Shown piece by piece: positions 48,138 to 58,842 of a stretch of DNA of 64,000 bases. The position numbers and the translations under genes are program-made. Origin of the DNA: Candidatus Tayloriibacteriota bacterium (GTDB taxonomy: Bacteria; Patescibacteriota; Minisyncoccia; Phycocordibacterales; PALSA-1337); NCBI GenBank assembly GCA_037129895.1, contig JBAXUB010000004.1:60-64059 (forward strand), written 5' to 3'. The first letter of the stretch is position 1; each line of letters opens with the position of its first letter. The notes under the pieces are model-generated. The model had not been told where the DNA came from and made no database searches. It saw only the letters and a program-made list of their open reading frames with translations.

Positions 48138-49235
48138 TCAAATGCGGGTCCAGGAGGGGGGACAAATATCTTTGAAGTTCTTTTCTCCTTTTAGTGTCCA
48201 GCGCTTTGGTGCGATGACTATTTTGTCTGGGTTTTCATTTAACCAAGCGCCCCACCAACTGAAAGTGGAGTTGGCGATGATGTTGTGTTTGCACTGAGAC
48301 ATGAGGATGAGTTCTTCATAGTCCGGGATTTCTGGGGATGAGACATAGGTAACGGGGTATTTGAGCGGCATATTCTGTTTGACCCATTCTATGTCGTCTG
48401 AAAAAACGAAAACGTGGATATTCGAACCAATTTTTGAAGTTATGTATTTGATAGCTTTGGAATAATATTCAGGACCGCATGTGCCGTGATATTTGTTAGT
48501 TTTTTGGTCAGAAACGTAGTCGCCGCGGCGGATGTGAATTGAAATACTATTAATCAATGATCCTATCTCAATGGCGAACTTTTTGGCTGCCGATCGTAAT
48601 GGATTTATTAGTGTGAATTCTTTTTTGATGTTGTTTTCAATGCTTTTAAAATATTTCTCATTCTGCCAGTAGCCTTTTTCTTTTATTCCGAGCTTTACTA
48701 GGAATCTATTTAGGTGATCTTTTAATGGGTGTGCGAAGTTGGAGAATCGTGTCGCAGTTTCGAGGTTGAAGTGGTTCAGTTTGAATTCTCTACGCGTATC
48801 AATATTTTTTAATATTTCTTTTGATGCATGTGATAGTTGGCCTCTTGGTTGAAAATCTTTTCTGATCTGCTCGGCAAAATCGGCAAAATATTTCTCACTC
48901 TGCCAATAACCATCTAGATAGATGTTACCCTTTTTTCGTATTATAGATGGTATAAATTTTATATTGTCGATTCTCATTAGTGTCTTCATTTTATTCAATA
49001 ATTTGCCCATCATGATTCCTAATGGGTATTTTAGCGATTTGATATCTGAGTCTTTTGCTATGTTTTCGACAATCTTAAAATTGTTCAGACCATATGGTCT
49101 ATCTGTCACTTGCCTATCTGCCCACTGTGCTAGATCAAGTTCCAGAACGTCGTTGTTACGCAACGATAGTGCACGTCCACAAGCATACTGAAACATCTGA
49201 TTGCCTAGGCCAGCTTTTATTTTGATTATGATCAT
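48138..49235 (-). CDS. GT11 alpha-1,2-fucosyltransferase-like, with an internal duplication
   Basis: GLGNQMFQYA, HIRRGDY, IIANSTFSWWGAWL; two GYWQxEKYF motifs. Confidence 0.88.
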   Translation of the reverse strand: MIIIKIKAGLGNQMFQYACGRALSLRNNDVLELDLAQWADRQVTDRPYGLNNFKIVENIAKDSDIKSLKYPLGIMMGKLLNKMKTLMRIDNIKFIPSIIRKKGNIYLDGYWQSEKYFADFAEQIRKDFQPRGQLSHASKEILKNIDTRREFKLNHFNLETATRFSNFAHPLKDHLNRFLVKLGIKEKGYWQNEKYFKSIENNIKKEFTLINPLRSAAKKFAIEIGSLINSISIHIRRGDYVSDQKTNKYHGTCGPEYYSKAIKYITSKIGSNIHVFVFSDDIEWVKQNMPLKYPVTYVSSPEIPDYEELILMSQCKHNIIANSTFSWWGAWLNENPDKIVIAPKRWTLKGEKNFKDICPPSWTRI

Positions 49236-49245
49236 GATTGGTAAG

Positions 49246-50421
49246 TTATATTACCACACTTAGTATCTTATCTATACCAGCTATTGCATCACCTATTGAT
49301 ATTGAGCCGATGGATGGATGGATACCGTCGGTTTTCAGACCTCTAGCATTCTCCCATGTTCCTAGCTGACCGCGCCAGGATTTATTATAAACGGCAATAT
49401 TTTTCTCCCGGTTACCATAGGGGAAAAATCTCGATAATCCACCGCTACCGACTATAGCAACTGTCGGTGTGCCCACCGCAATCGCAAGGTGTAGTATTCC
49501 TGTATCGCTACCGAAATAGAAGCATGATTTCCTCAATAGATGTGCTAATGTCGCTAGATCCGTCTGGTTTACCAGATTTATAATATTTTTACTACCAATT
49601 GAAAGCTGGATTACTGTATTTATAAAACCGGCATCTTTGGGCCCTCCGCACATGACTGGCACAATATCCCTACCTTCTAAATATCTTATAAGCTCGGCCC
49701 ATTTTTCCGGTTGCCAAATCTTATATGTAGCACCTGAACTAGGGAAGATGATTGCGAATTTTACATTTCTAAGGTTGTTTGAGTTGAGTAATTGATCCGC
49801 ATGAATAGATGAAAGCATATCCGTGTTTATGGTCGGGAAAGATGGTTCGAATTTTGTACCAGAGACCTCATTTGCAAAATAGACATCTCGGTCAAGTTCG
49901 AGTGTTATGTTTGCTGGAGGCGAGATCAATTTTGTATAAATATTATTGCCTCTAATTTTAGCCTTTAACCCTTGCACGCTGGGATCACCATTGAAACCTA
50001 TTCTCTCCTTCGCACCTGTCATCTTTATCATCTTGTCGCCAATCGTTTCTCTCGAGTATACAGGGTATAGAGCGAAATCGTATCCTGTGCGCTTCAGGTC
50101 TAGCATGAAATTACAACGGTATTTGAAATCACAAGAGAACGATCTGTGATCAAACCATATAATCTTGTCTACCAAATTATTTCCAAGAAGGGGCATAAGG
50201 GAATTGAAATACTTTGGGAATATCAGCGTGATTTCAGCATCCTTGTAATGATCACGATATGCCTTTAGGGTTGGATAAAATAGAATACAATCGCCCAGTC
50301 CGTCCTTGCGGATGATCAGAACTCGTTCCTTTTGATCAACTGACTTGATTTGTGCCGATACGAATAAGCTAGAAATATTGATCAAAGAATTTACAATGAT
50401 TTTGGCTATCGATTTAAGCAT
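49246..50421 (-). CDS. GT9 (heptosyltransferase-like) glycosyltransferase
   Basis: DGLGD, DTGILHLAIAVGTPTV. Confidence 0.85.
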   Translation of the reverse strand: MLKSIAKIIVNSLINISSLFVSAQIKSVDQKERVLIIRKDGLGDCILFYPTLKAYRDHYKDAEITLIFPKYFNSLMPLLGNNLVDKIIWFDHRSFSCDFKYRCNFMLDLKRTGYDFALYPVYSRETIGDKMIKMTGAKERIGFNGDPSVQGLKAKIRGNNIYTKLISPPANITLELDRDVYFANEVSGTKFEPSFPTINTDMLSSIHADQLLNSNNLRNVKFAIIFPSSGATYKIWQPEKWAELIRYLEGRDIVPVMCGGPKDAGFINTVIQLSIGSKNIINLVNQTDLATLAHLLRKSCFYFGSDTGILHLAIAVGTPTVAIVGSGGLSRFFPYGNREKNIAVYNKSWRGQLGTWENARGLKTDGIHPSIGSISIGDAIAGIDKILSVVI

Positions 50422-51241
50422 TTTTCTTAAATATTATCTGAATGTTACCAAACTCTTTGGCTTTGGAAAAGTTATGTTCGCCAGTCCTGTTAAATAGAGT
50501 TATACCGTAGTAAAAATTTAATAAAATATTCTTTATCATAGCTATGATGGGCAAAGTATTGGACTGTAGAGAAGAAATCATTTTGTTATACGTACCCTCT
50601 TTTTTTTCCCAAAAAATATCGACATTTATTAGTGTTGCACTATTTTGTAGTGATGTGTCAATAATTCTAGACACATATTTATGATCAAATCGGTATTGGA
50701 AAAATGTTTTTTCACCATCTGTAAATTGATTCGTATAGAATGTATCCTCGGACCATTCTTCCGTATATTTCTTTGATACGGGGAATGTAATGTAGACATA
50801 TCCGCCTGGTTTGGTGACGCGTAGCATTTCAATGATAGCCATTTCATAAGACCTATAAATGTGTTCGATGACACTGACAGAACATGTTAGGTCGAAGGTA
50901 TTGTTAGGTATGGTTAGGTGAGTTGCGTCTTCGATGGCAAAGGACAAATTGTGGTTTTCTTTAATAAATCTTTTTTCTGACTCGTCAAGGTTAGTCTTTA
51001 ATACTATATTTTCGGCAGATAGAATATATGAAATAATGTGGGGTGATGATACGTCGAGCACATTTAAGTTATATAGGTTATTAGTTCTCAGGAATTTCAG
51101 CAGGTATGAAACTTCAATGTATCTAACAGCATCAAATGGTCTGAGGATTAGACCGATTTTGCTAGTAAGGGAAGGTAGCAAAATGCTTGCTCTGTAAGCG
51201 CGCAGCGTACTACGTATAATATCTAGATTTGATATTTTCAT
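50414..51241 (-). CDS. Class I SAM methyltransferase
   Basis: FDLTCSVSVIEHI, RVTKPGG. Confidence 0.8.
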   Translation of the reverse strand: MKISNLDIIRSTLRAYRASILLPSLTSKIGLILRPFDAVRYIEVSYLLKFLRTNNLYNLNVLDVSSPHIISYILSAENIVLKTNLDESEKRFIKENHNLSFAIEDATHLTIPNNTFDLTCSVSVIEHIYRSYEMAIIEMLRVTKPGGYVYITFPVSKKYTEEWSEDTFYTNQFTDGEKTFFQYRFDHKYVSRIIDTSLQNSATLINVDIFWEKKEGTYNKMISSLQSNTLPIIAMIKNILLNFYYGITLFNRTGEHNFSKAKEFGNIQIIFKKNA

Positions 51242-52146
51242 TGTATCAATCGATTAAGATTATTTAGAAAATATTTGATTCTGTTGTATAAAGATGTCAT
51301 AAATATTTTTTCAATAAGAATAGCATCAGCTTCTCGGTCTACTATTACTGAAGATGGGTGTTTGATCACACCCTCTATCTCATGTGTTGGACAACGATGG
51401 GGGTTGTTGTCTGTCGTGTGAGTAGCATCTTTTCCAAAGCCGATATTGTCAACTAAATTAAAGTTAGGGCTTATTACTATTCCTTGATTTAGGAGAATAC
51501 TATATTGCCATTGTGCATCCCACGTATCTACAGAATGACTTTCGATGTGTTTGAAATGTCTTATAAAATATCGGAGGTATTTTTCCTTTGTAAATAATGC
51601 ACCATACGTATTCAAATTGTTTGACAATTTATCGATATTTTTCATGTCGACATCGTAAAGTCTCCATGCTCTATTCCAGCTGGCCCAGCCCCACCCCATT
51701 ACACACCTAGAGAATCGGTAGGTAGATGTAGGATCTGAAATTTCTTCTGGCAAAAGGAAGTCTGTGCCATTTATAGCCAATATTTCCGGATTGTCCCTGT
51801 ACCGTTCTAACATTTTTGTGCAAAATGAAAAAAAAGATATGTTTGGTAAACAGTCATCTTCTAGGACGATGCCCTCGGCTACCTGATTGAAGAACCAGGA
51901 CATTGCATAGGATTCATGCAGTTTGCAACCCATATTATGATCTTGAAATCTAGTAGTCACTTCACATGGCCAGTCAACATCTCTTATAATGCCCCTAGTT
52001 TCTTCACAGAGCATATCTTCACCAACGCGAGTTGTTCTGGGGCCATCAGCGGCAATAAACAATTTTTCAGGACGAACTTCGCGTATTCGTGCAAATACTT
52101 TTCTCGTATTAACTGGCCTATTAAAAATAATTAGAAGTATATTCAT
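51238..52146 (-). CDS. Nucleotide-diphospho-sugar transferase (GT-A fold)
   Basis: FNRP, ADGPR, VLEDD, WGWASW, WDAQW, NIGFG. Confidence 0.85.
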   Translation of the reverse strand: MNILLIIFNRPVNTRKVFARIREVRPEKLFIAADGPRTTRVGEDMLCEETRGIIRDVDWPCEVTTRFQDHNMGCKLHESYAMSWFFNQVAEGIVLEDDCLPNISFFSFCTKMLERYRDNPEILAINGTDFLLPEEISDPTSTYRFSRCVMGWGWASWNRAWRLYDVDMKNIDKLSNNLNTYGALFTKEKYLRYFIRHFKHIESHSVDTWDAQWQYSILLNQGIVISPNFNLVDNIGFGKDATHTTDNNPHRCPTHEIEGVIKHPSSVIVDREADAILIEKIFMTSLYNRIKYFLNNLNRLIQ

Positions 52147-53027
52147 GATCTGTTTTCTTCGTTTGCCACGAAGCTATCTGCTATTTCAGCATCTGATTCA
52201 TGAAAGGCAGCAACGTCATAATATGGGCATGTACCTTTTCTGTTGGTAATATATCGATCTAGTTGTTTCAATATTCTTTCTTCATTTGTTTTTGTTGAGA
52301 TTAGGAATCGTCCGTAGTTGTCATAAAATGCTAACATTGAATATCCTAAAGATTTCAAATATTTAAAGATATCCGTTGGTCTTTCACCTGTTTTGTCTAG
52401 GTAGACGTTGTCGTATTCGAAGAAAATGATTGGTTTTATCTGCTGTAAAAACCTATAAGATCCTCGCATTATTCGAAAATCATATCCATCTGTATCAATC
52501 TTCAAAAGTTTTGATCTTCCAACATTTGGGTTGTCCATTATAAGCGAATCAAGACTGATAAAATTGATATCATTGTTTCTATTCAGATTATGGCCAGTTT
52601 CTAGCCTGAGACTACCATTGTTCTTGTCAAAATTGATGGAAAGTGACTCATTTTTATCACTCAGGAATACTTTGTATAGATGTGTCTGTTTATTGCTTGC
52701 AAAATTTCTACTTAGTAGTTTAAATGCTTCGACGTCTCCCTCAATGCAATATATGTTGTAATTACCATTGTCCGTAAGAAGCATCGCAGCTGTATCACCA
52801 AAATTCGCTCCGACGTCGATAATAGATAAGTTTTTGTATTTTGTGTCGACTATGTTTGCGATACGAATGAGGGCTGTGCCATGATCAGGGAATTTTTTTA
52901 TAATGTAAGGTTGACTATTTTCTGGATCAACCGACAAGACAAAATTACCTATTCGGGTTTTCTTTCCAGTAATGCGCTGAATAGTCTTATAAACAGTCCT
53001 CATCGATTTGTAAATTATATTTGTCAT
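52143..53027 (-). CDS. FkbM-family methyltransferase
   Basis: DVGANFG, LKIDTDGYD. Confidence 0.85.
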   Translation of the reverse strand: MTNIIYKSMRTVYKTIQRITGKKTRIGNFVLSVDPENSQPYIIKKFPDHGTALIRIANIVDTKYKNLSIIDVGANFGDTAAMLLTDNGNYNIYCIEGDVEAFKLLSRNFASNKQTHLYKVFLSDKNESLSINFDKNNGSLRLETGHNLNRNNDINFISLDSLIMDNPNVGRSKLLKIDTDGYDFRIMRGSYRFLQQIKPIIFFEYDNVYLDKTGERPTDIFKYLKSLGYSMLAFYDNYGRFLISTKTNEERILKQLDRYITNRKGTCPYYDVAAFHESDAEIADSFVANEENRS

Positions 53028-53031
53028 GTTA

Positions 53032-53766
53032 TTAAATTTTCTTTATAAACCAAAAACATCCGCAAGCATATGATTCCTCACCGATATCTTCAGATGATGC
53101 GTTTCTGATTATACTACCATCGTGTTCCTTGATCAGGGCAAACTCTCTTAGTTCTAAATCATTGAATATTGATAGTACCTGCTCATGCGAGTATATGCGA
53201 TGAGCATTAAACTCTATCTTTGGAACTTTTCCAATAGGCGTGACGAACAGTAGGGAACCATTTATGGCAAGAACTCGTTTTAGTTCGCTGATTGCCTTGA
53301 TGTCACCATTTGGATCGATCGGATCGCCATAACGCCCCAAGCCAACATGTTCAATAGTGTGCATGCATGATATAGAATTAATACTGTTTTCAACAAAGGG
53401 GAGCGACATGAGATCGGCCTTTTTGGTTGTCAGGTTATCAAGCTTCAAGTTAGCTGGTCGGTAATCGTAGAAATCTATCGGTATAAAAGCAGAAGTTATC
53501 GCACTAAAATATAGGCTCGAAGAGATATCAATATGTTTTGCAGGTTTTGTGATAGCCAGTATTCTCGCAGCCCATGCTGTATGATATATATAATGACGAT
53601 CAAAACCTGTCTGGATAGTTTTGTCTCTAATTTGAGGATAGAAATCTCTGAAACGCACGGCAAATCTATCACCAGATATGCTATCCAGTTTTTTATAGGA
53701 AAAATAGTCCTTTAGGATAAAAGGGGAGAATAATATTCTTATAAGTTTCTTGATAAATGCTTTCAT
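53032..53766 (-). CDS. DUF268-like SAM-dependent methyltransferase-fold protein
   Basis: EHVGLGRYGDPIDP, FNAHRIY. Confidence 0.8.
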   Translation of the reverse strand: MKAFIKKLIRILFSPFILKDYFSYKKLDSISGDRFAVRFRDFYPQIRDKTIQTGFDRHYIYHTAWAARILAITKPAKHIDISSSLYFSAITSAFIPIDFYDYRPANLKLDNLTTKKADLMSLPFVENSINSISCMHTIEHVGLGRYGDPIDPNGDIKAISELKRVLAINGSLLFVTPIGKVPKIEFNAHRIYSHEQVLSIFNDLELREFALIKEHDGSIIRNASSEDIGEESYACGCFWFIKKI

Positions 53767-53778
53767 TGGTAAAGTTTA

Positions 53779-54597
53779 CTATTTTACATAATCACCCCTA
53801 GACTTCGCGAATCGGAATTGGTAATTGCTGCCGTCGATAGCATTGTAGGGCCATATGACAGAGAAAGGTTTGTCGAAACAGGCGGCGATAGCTGAACCAC
53901 CGGAAAATGTTCCAATGAATCTCTTGCATGAATATATCATATCGACGTATTTGAATAAATCTTGTTTTAAGGTATCGACGTATTGAATCTGAGAAGTCGA
54001 ATCTAAATATTTTTTAGCTTCTTTTTCAAAAGCATTCTTTTTATATAGCCAACCAAATTTTTTTCCACTGATCATATTTTTGTCGATCAATATCACTTTA
54101 GTAAAATCATCCAATATTCTTGGTTTATAGTATAGCCTAGGTAAGCCAGTACCGGTTACATCGAATTGTTTTTCTAGCCTCTCTATAGCATTTAGACCTC
54201 CCTTATCAAATATAAAATTTATGATGTTTTTTTCTGATTCAAAGACATCTAATTTGAAATATTTATCAGCCTGTTCGAAACCTCTAAAAAAAGGGTTCTT
54301 TTCAAAGCAAAGGTTAAGTGTGTCTGGATTACGAAATACAGACCTACTCTCATCCGATAAATAGAAGTCGATATCGAATGTTTCCTTTAGTAATTGGGGA
54401 AGTGTGCTCCAAATCAAACTATCACCAATACCGCCAAAAGATATATCGACTATGATCTTTTTTTCTTTTTTTATGTTCTCTATTTGTCGGTAATAGTTTT
54501 CTCTTCTATCTCGCTCCGTAAGTAACGCTTGAAATCTTGTAATTATACTATATATCATTATTAGTGAATGTCGTATTCTAGGAAATTGTTTGATCAT
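53779..54597 (-). CDS. Hypothetical GT-B/GT9-like protein
   Basis: GGIGDSL and FIGTFSG motifs, located within the glycan operon. Confidence 0.5.
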   Translation of the reverse strand: MIKQFPRIRHSLIMIYSIITRFQALLTERDRRENYYRQIENIKKEKKIIVDISFGGIGDSLIWSTLPQLLKETFDIDFYLSDESRSVFRNPDTLNLCFEKNPFFRGFEQADKYFKLDVFESEKNIINFIFDKGGLNAIERLEKQFDVTGTGLPRLYYKPRILDDFTKVILIDKNMISGKKFGWLYKKNAFEKEAKKYLDSTSQIQYVDTLKQDLFKYVDMIYSCKRFIGTFSGGSAIAACFDKPFSVIWPYNAIDGSNYQFRFAKSRGDYVK

Positions 54598-55286
54598 GAT
54601 ATTTTTTTAATGATACAGACGATTTGTGCTAAAATATTTGGATTCATTGTTTGATCGATGGCTTCGTATCTTAGTATAAATGGTCTCAGTAATCGAGGTT
54701 TAACACTCTTTTTTATCAACCAATGGTAAGTTTTTATAATTATGCTAGTTATTATGTTAGGTTTGTGTCTAGGACCGTGTGTGTATAAATTATAATCATA
54801 GCCATCATCTTGGAGAGATAATTTCATGATTTTACTATTTGGCAATGATTGAGCCATGTCGAGGACATTGATCGAAGCATTAGACCAACTTTTTGATTTT
54901 GAAATTGTGAAAGTTGCCTTATGATCAGGATTGAATCTGCTTGGAAATACACCTTGTTCATATAAATCTTCGTCTGGAACTGCAAAAAAAATATATCCTC
55001 CAGTTTTTACCAGTTTCCACCAATCTTTTAGCACTTCTTGTGGTTCAATCATATGTTCAAGACAATGAGATGCGTATACAAAATCAAATTGATCGTGAAT
55101 GTATCTAGATATGTTGTTGGCGTCGCCGTCTTGCATATCAAAAGTTCGCACATTTGGAAGCACAGGATCATTTGCCGGTCCAATATCGATACCTTTTCCT
55201 TTGAGAGCCAGTTCTTCAATGGACCCCTTTAGCCATAATCTTTTTGATTTTGATGTTTCGTTCATATGTTTGTTTATTATACACAA
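54594..55286 (-). CDS. Class I SAM methyltransferase
   Basis: GIDIG, FDFVYASHCLEH, VKTGG. Confidence 0.8.
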   Translation of the reverse strand: MCIINKHMNETSKSKRLWLKGSIEELALKGKGIDIGPANDPVLPNVRTFDMQDGDANNISRYIHDQFDFVYASHCLEHMIEPQEVLKDWWKLVKTGGYIFFAVPDEDLYEQGVFPSRFNPDHKATFTISKSKSWSNASINVLDMAQSLPNSKIMKLSLQDDGYDYNLYTHGPRHKPNIITSIIIKTYHWLIKKSVKPRLLRPFILRYEAIDQTMNPNILAQIVCIIKKIS

Positions 55287-55307
55287 AATGTTAAAAAGCT
55301 AATACCT

Positions 55308-56531
55308 TCATCGGAAAACTTTGTTAATAATCCTATTAAGTTTCTTGTATATTCTTTTTAGAATGAACATTTTAGACCCCCTCTTTGTTAATGAAAGTCT
55401 TTGTAGTGATCGGGCTTCAATCTCCTTGATTGTCAGTCCATCTATCCCATCTTGGCAGCGAAGTAAACCTTCTTTTACGAACCAACTATCAATATTTTGA
55501 TTCTCAGAAATGCCAAAGTATTTTTTGGCTTCATTGTATTCATTCTGACATAGAAGAATGTAGGCTAACCAGAGGGCGTCGTAAGGGTTTAGATTATTTG
55601 TATCTGATGACTTGATCACATTTATTTGATTTTGTTTTACATTTCTTTGTATTAGAGTCCGATAATTATCTGCTAGGAAATTCCTATGATATATTAGTGT
55701 CTCAATAATGTTGTCATCACTATTGATATCGAATTTTAATATTAGTTTTTTTACATCATCACTAAAGAGATACAGATGTTCGACGAGAATAAATAACCAG
55801 TTCAAATTCAATTTGCCTGATTCATACTCTCGCATGTAATATGACTTATTGTAGTTAATCCTATGTAGATATACTGAGTTCGGACACACATATGCCGTCA
55901 AATCATTTGATAAAAAACGATATGCGAACCCTTGGGTATCAAAGCCGTGATGAGTTGGATAGCCACCGGTCATGACAAAAGCTACTTTTGTAAACATGAA
56001 TGTTGAATACAGCGAACAGAGTGATTGTCCTCGTTTTTGAAATAGGCTTTCAAAAGGAACGATATTGTTGATCGATCCAAAATTAGTTGTCTCAATTACA
56101 TTATTCTGGCTCTTGCCTTGAAAAGTTATTGAAGTACTTATGCCGATACCGTCACATTTCTTTTTTATAATCATCTCAACCATATTTCCTAAAGTTCCTG
56201 GGTATAAAATATCATCGCTGTCAAGACAAAAAAATATGTTACTTGCAGATGATTCAACTGCAGTATTTCTAGTAGCTCCTCCACCAAGATTGACTTCATG
56301 AGAGAAGCATTTTATGTGTGGATATTGTATCGCAAGCTTATCCATCAAGGTGCGCGTACTGTCAGTGGACGCATCATCGACCAGTATTACGTCATAATCA
56401 ATATTTATATTCTGCTTGTACACAGATGCGACAGCTTCTTCAAGTGTTTTTTCGCAATTATAGCAAGCAATAATTATTGAAAGCCTAGGTTCATTTGCGG
56501 GGCTGTTATTTAATTTTGATTGTAATGGCAT
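55308..56531 (-). CDS. Glycosyltransferase family 2 with a TPR-like tail
   Basis: SIIIACYN, VDDASTD, LDSDD. Confidence 0.85.
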   Translation of the reverse strand: MPLQSKLNNSPANEPRLSIIIACYNCEKTLEEAVASVYKQNINIDYDVILVDDASTDSTRTLMDKLAIQYPHIKCFSHEVNLGGGATRNTAVESSASNIFFCLDSDDILYPGTLGNMVEMIIKKKCDGIGISTSITFQGKSQNNVIETTNFGSINNIVPFESLFQKRGQSLCSLYSTFMFTKVAFVMTGGYPTHHGFDTQGFAYRFLSNDLTAYVCPNSVYLHRINYNKSYYMREYESGKLNLNWLFILVEHLYLFSDDVKKLILKFDINSDDNIIETLIYHRNFLADNYRTLIQRNVKQNQINVIKSSDTNNLNPYDALWLAYILLCQNEYNEAKKYFGISENQNIDSWFVKEGLLRCQDGIDGLTIKEIEARSLQRLSLTKRGSKMFILKRIYKKLNRIINKVFR

Positions 56532-57270
56532 GTCCGTTTATGTTGTAGATTGTTAGTCTATCACTGAGCCTCTTGCTTTCTTCTACAAACTTGGTTATAC
56601 CATCACAGCCTAGAAAACCATAATCATCATAGACAATAATGCCACCAATGCAGAGTCTAGGCCAAATCCAATTAACTATATCTTTTGCAGACTGGTAAAC
56701 ATCGACGTCGATATGACAAAAGCGAAATTCTTTTCCTAAGACCAGTTCTTTTGTTTCTTCTGGAAAGATACCCTTAAGGATCTTTATATTTTTGAGTCCA
56801 TTGGCATTTATCAAATTCTGAACTAATTCGAGTGATGTATCATCGTGTTCGCCACCTTTATACTCCGTATCTTCATTGCTAGCCTTGACAACCCCTGTAA
56901 ATGTATCACAGAGATATACCGGGTCTGTTATCTTGCTTATAATGGCACTCTTTGCAATTATTATACCAGTACCTCCACGCCAAACACCGATTTCAATTAT
57001 GGCTCCGTGGAGTTTTGAACTTTCTTTGACAAGCTGCCATAATTCATAACATCGGTACTTATCTACTAGGGTATTACTTTTGGCACTTTCATAAATACTG
57101 ATGAATGATTGATCGAGAAGCCACGGGGCATAAGAACTAGCTGTAAATATTTTTTCATACCCCTTTTCTACTATCGTCTTGTTACTAATGCGTGAAAATG
57201 ACATGTTGTAGCCGAATAAAGCTGCAAATTTATTGATCGTCCTTTTTATACCGCGAAATATTTTTTTCAT
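56506..57270 (-). CDS. TylF/MycF-family O-methyltransferase
   Basis: EIGVWRGG, DTFTG, HIDVDVY, DDYG. Confidence 0.88.
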   Translation of the reverse strand: MKKIFRGIKRTINKFAALFGYNMSFSRISNKTIVEKGYEKIFTASSYAPWLLDQSFISIYESAKSNTLVDKYRCYELWQLVKESSKLHGAIIEIGVWRGGTGIIIAKSAIISKITDPVYLCDTFTGVVKASNEDTEYKGGEHDDTSLELVQNLINANGLKNIKILKGIFPEETKELVLGKEFRFCHIDVDVYQSAKDIVNWIWPRLCIGGIIVYDDYGFLGCDGITKFVEESKRLSDRLTIYNINGHAITIKIK

Positions 57271-57280
57271 ATCAGGTTTA

Positions 57281-57937
57281 TTACTTATGTTTAAATATCC
57301 TAAAACCGATGCTAGCGGGTTGGTCTAGTTGAACAACTTTTTCCCATAAATGACTCTGTTCTATTACAGGTTGAACCTGGGCTGTTTTTGCACTATTCCA
57401 ATCATGCAATGCTATTATTGATCCAGATTTAAAATATTTAAGAAAGAAATTATATTGATCCAGAGTTTCTCTACTATCATTGGAGCCATCAAGAAATAGC
57501 ATAATTTTACAATTGTTCTTGTTTAGGAAGTCAAAAAATACGTCTGGCGAATTACTGTGAATGAATTCTACGTATCTACGATTGCTTTTTATAAATCTAG
57601 AATATCTCATAACTGCCTTATTATAAAGACCTATATCGCTTTCAATAGTGATCAACTTGCCTTTGTTGTTATCTCTCAGTGCTTTCGAAAGAAAATAAGT
57701 ACTACCTCCTCCCGTATATGTGCCGATTTCAAAGCAATAGTCTGGCTTTTCATTGATGACTACGTCATAAAGTGCTTTTCTTTCGGCCATGTACATCTGT
57801 CCTGGTAAAAAGAGGGAACCTTCAAAAAATACCCGGTCCTTCCTACTGATAAACCATCTATAAAACGATAGATAGAATACCTTTTGAAAGTTACTCAATA
57901 CCCAAAAATTGATTTTTAGTTTTTCACTTATTTTCAT
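57281..57937 (-). CDS. Class I SAM methyltransferase
   Basis: EIGTYTGGGS, FLDG, LHDW. Confidence 0.75.
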   Translation of the reverse strand: MKISEKLKINFWVLSNFQKVFYLSFYRWFISRKDRVFFEGSLFLPGQMYMAERKALYDVVINEKPDYCFEIGTYTGGGSTYFLSKALRDNNKGKLITIESDIGLYNKAVMRYSRFIKSNRRYVEFIHSNSPDVFFDFLNKNNCKIMLFLDGSNDSRETLDQYNFFLKYFKSGSIIALHDWNSAKTAQVQPVIEQSHLWEKVVQLDQPASIGFRIFKHK

Positions 57938-58836
57938 AATGATCGTATTGGTTCCGCCACAAGGAAACATCTGCCATCCGGTTCCTCTTTTAAAAGGTTA
58001 ACATCATAATTATTTGTCTGCAATATCTTACAGACATTCAGCATGTTCAGGATGGAGTGAACCTCAAGCAATATTATAGGTCTTGCGGTTTTTAAGGTCA
58101 CAGCCGCACCTTGTAAGGCTAGGTGTTCCGCACCCTCAATATCTATTTTTATCATGTAGGGAATGTTGGTTCTATTGTTCGAGACTTCGTTATCTATCGA
58201 TGTCATCTCTACATTAGCCCTTTCAAATCCACGGGATCGCTCGAAAGCAGCCTTTTCGGATATTGTATCCGCAGTATCGACAAAACTGCCACTACTGGAT
58301 CCATCCTCAATAGTTTTTCCGAAAATAAAGTCAACTCGTCCAGTTTTTTCAGCTACAGCTTTCTCTACTAATGTGATTCTTTCAGATAACTCAGGATTCA
58401 TCTTTGTTATCATCTTTATCCGATAAATGTTCGCAGCATTTGGTTCGAATGTATATACATGACCACCTTTTCCAACCATTTTTGCAAAACATAATGCACT
58501 GTATCCGACATGTGCTCCTATATCAAATACAATCTTGTCAGCCACGTTGTACTTTTCCATGTAATTGATAAAAAAATCATCATATGTGCCATTCAGCATT
58601 TCTTTTTGCCAAGCCCCACTCGGATCGACATACAATTTGACACCCTTTAGAAGTCCAGATTTTATCGTGTTCCATGATGAAACGTATTTCGATGGGAGGT
58701 ACTTATGTGCGGAGGTTTTTATCTTTTTGTAGACAGAAAGCTTCTTGAATCTCAAAAAAATGCAGGAGGGTATTAGCTTATTTATGAGCTCGTATGAATT
58801 TTCCTGTGTAATTTTTTTCATATGCGATGAATCCAT
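57934..58836 (-). CDS. FkbM-family methyltransferase
   Basis: DIGAHVG, FEP, KIDIEGAE. Confidence 0.88.
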   Translation of the reverse strand: MDSSHMKKITQENSYELINKLIPSCIFLRFKKLSVYKKIKTSAHKYLPSKYVSSWNTIKSGLLKGVKLYVDPSGAWQKEMLNGTYDDFFINYMEKYNVADKIVFDIGAHVGYSALCFAKMVGKGGHVYTFEPNAANIYRIKMITKMNPELSERITLVEKAVAEKTGRVDFIFGKTIEDGSSSGSFVDTADTISEKAAFERSRGFERANVEMTSIDNEVSNNRTNIPYMIKIDIEGAEHLALQGAAVTLKTARPIILLEVHSILNMLNVCKILQTNNYDVNLLKEEPDGRCFLVAEPIRSL

Positions 58837-58842
58837 ACCAAA

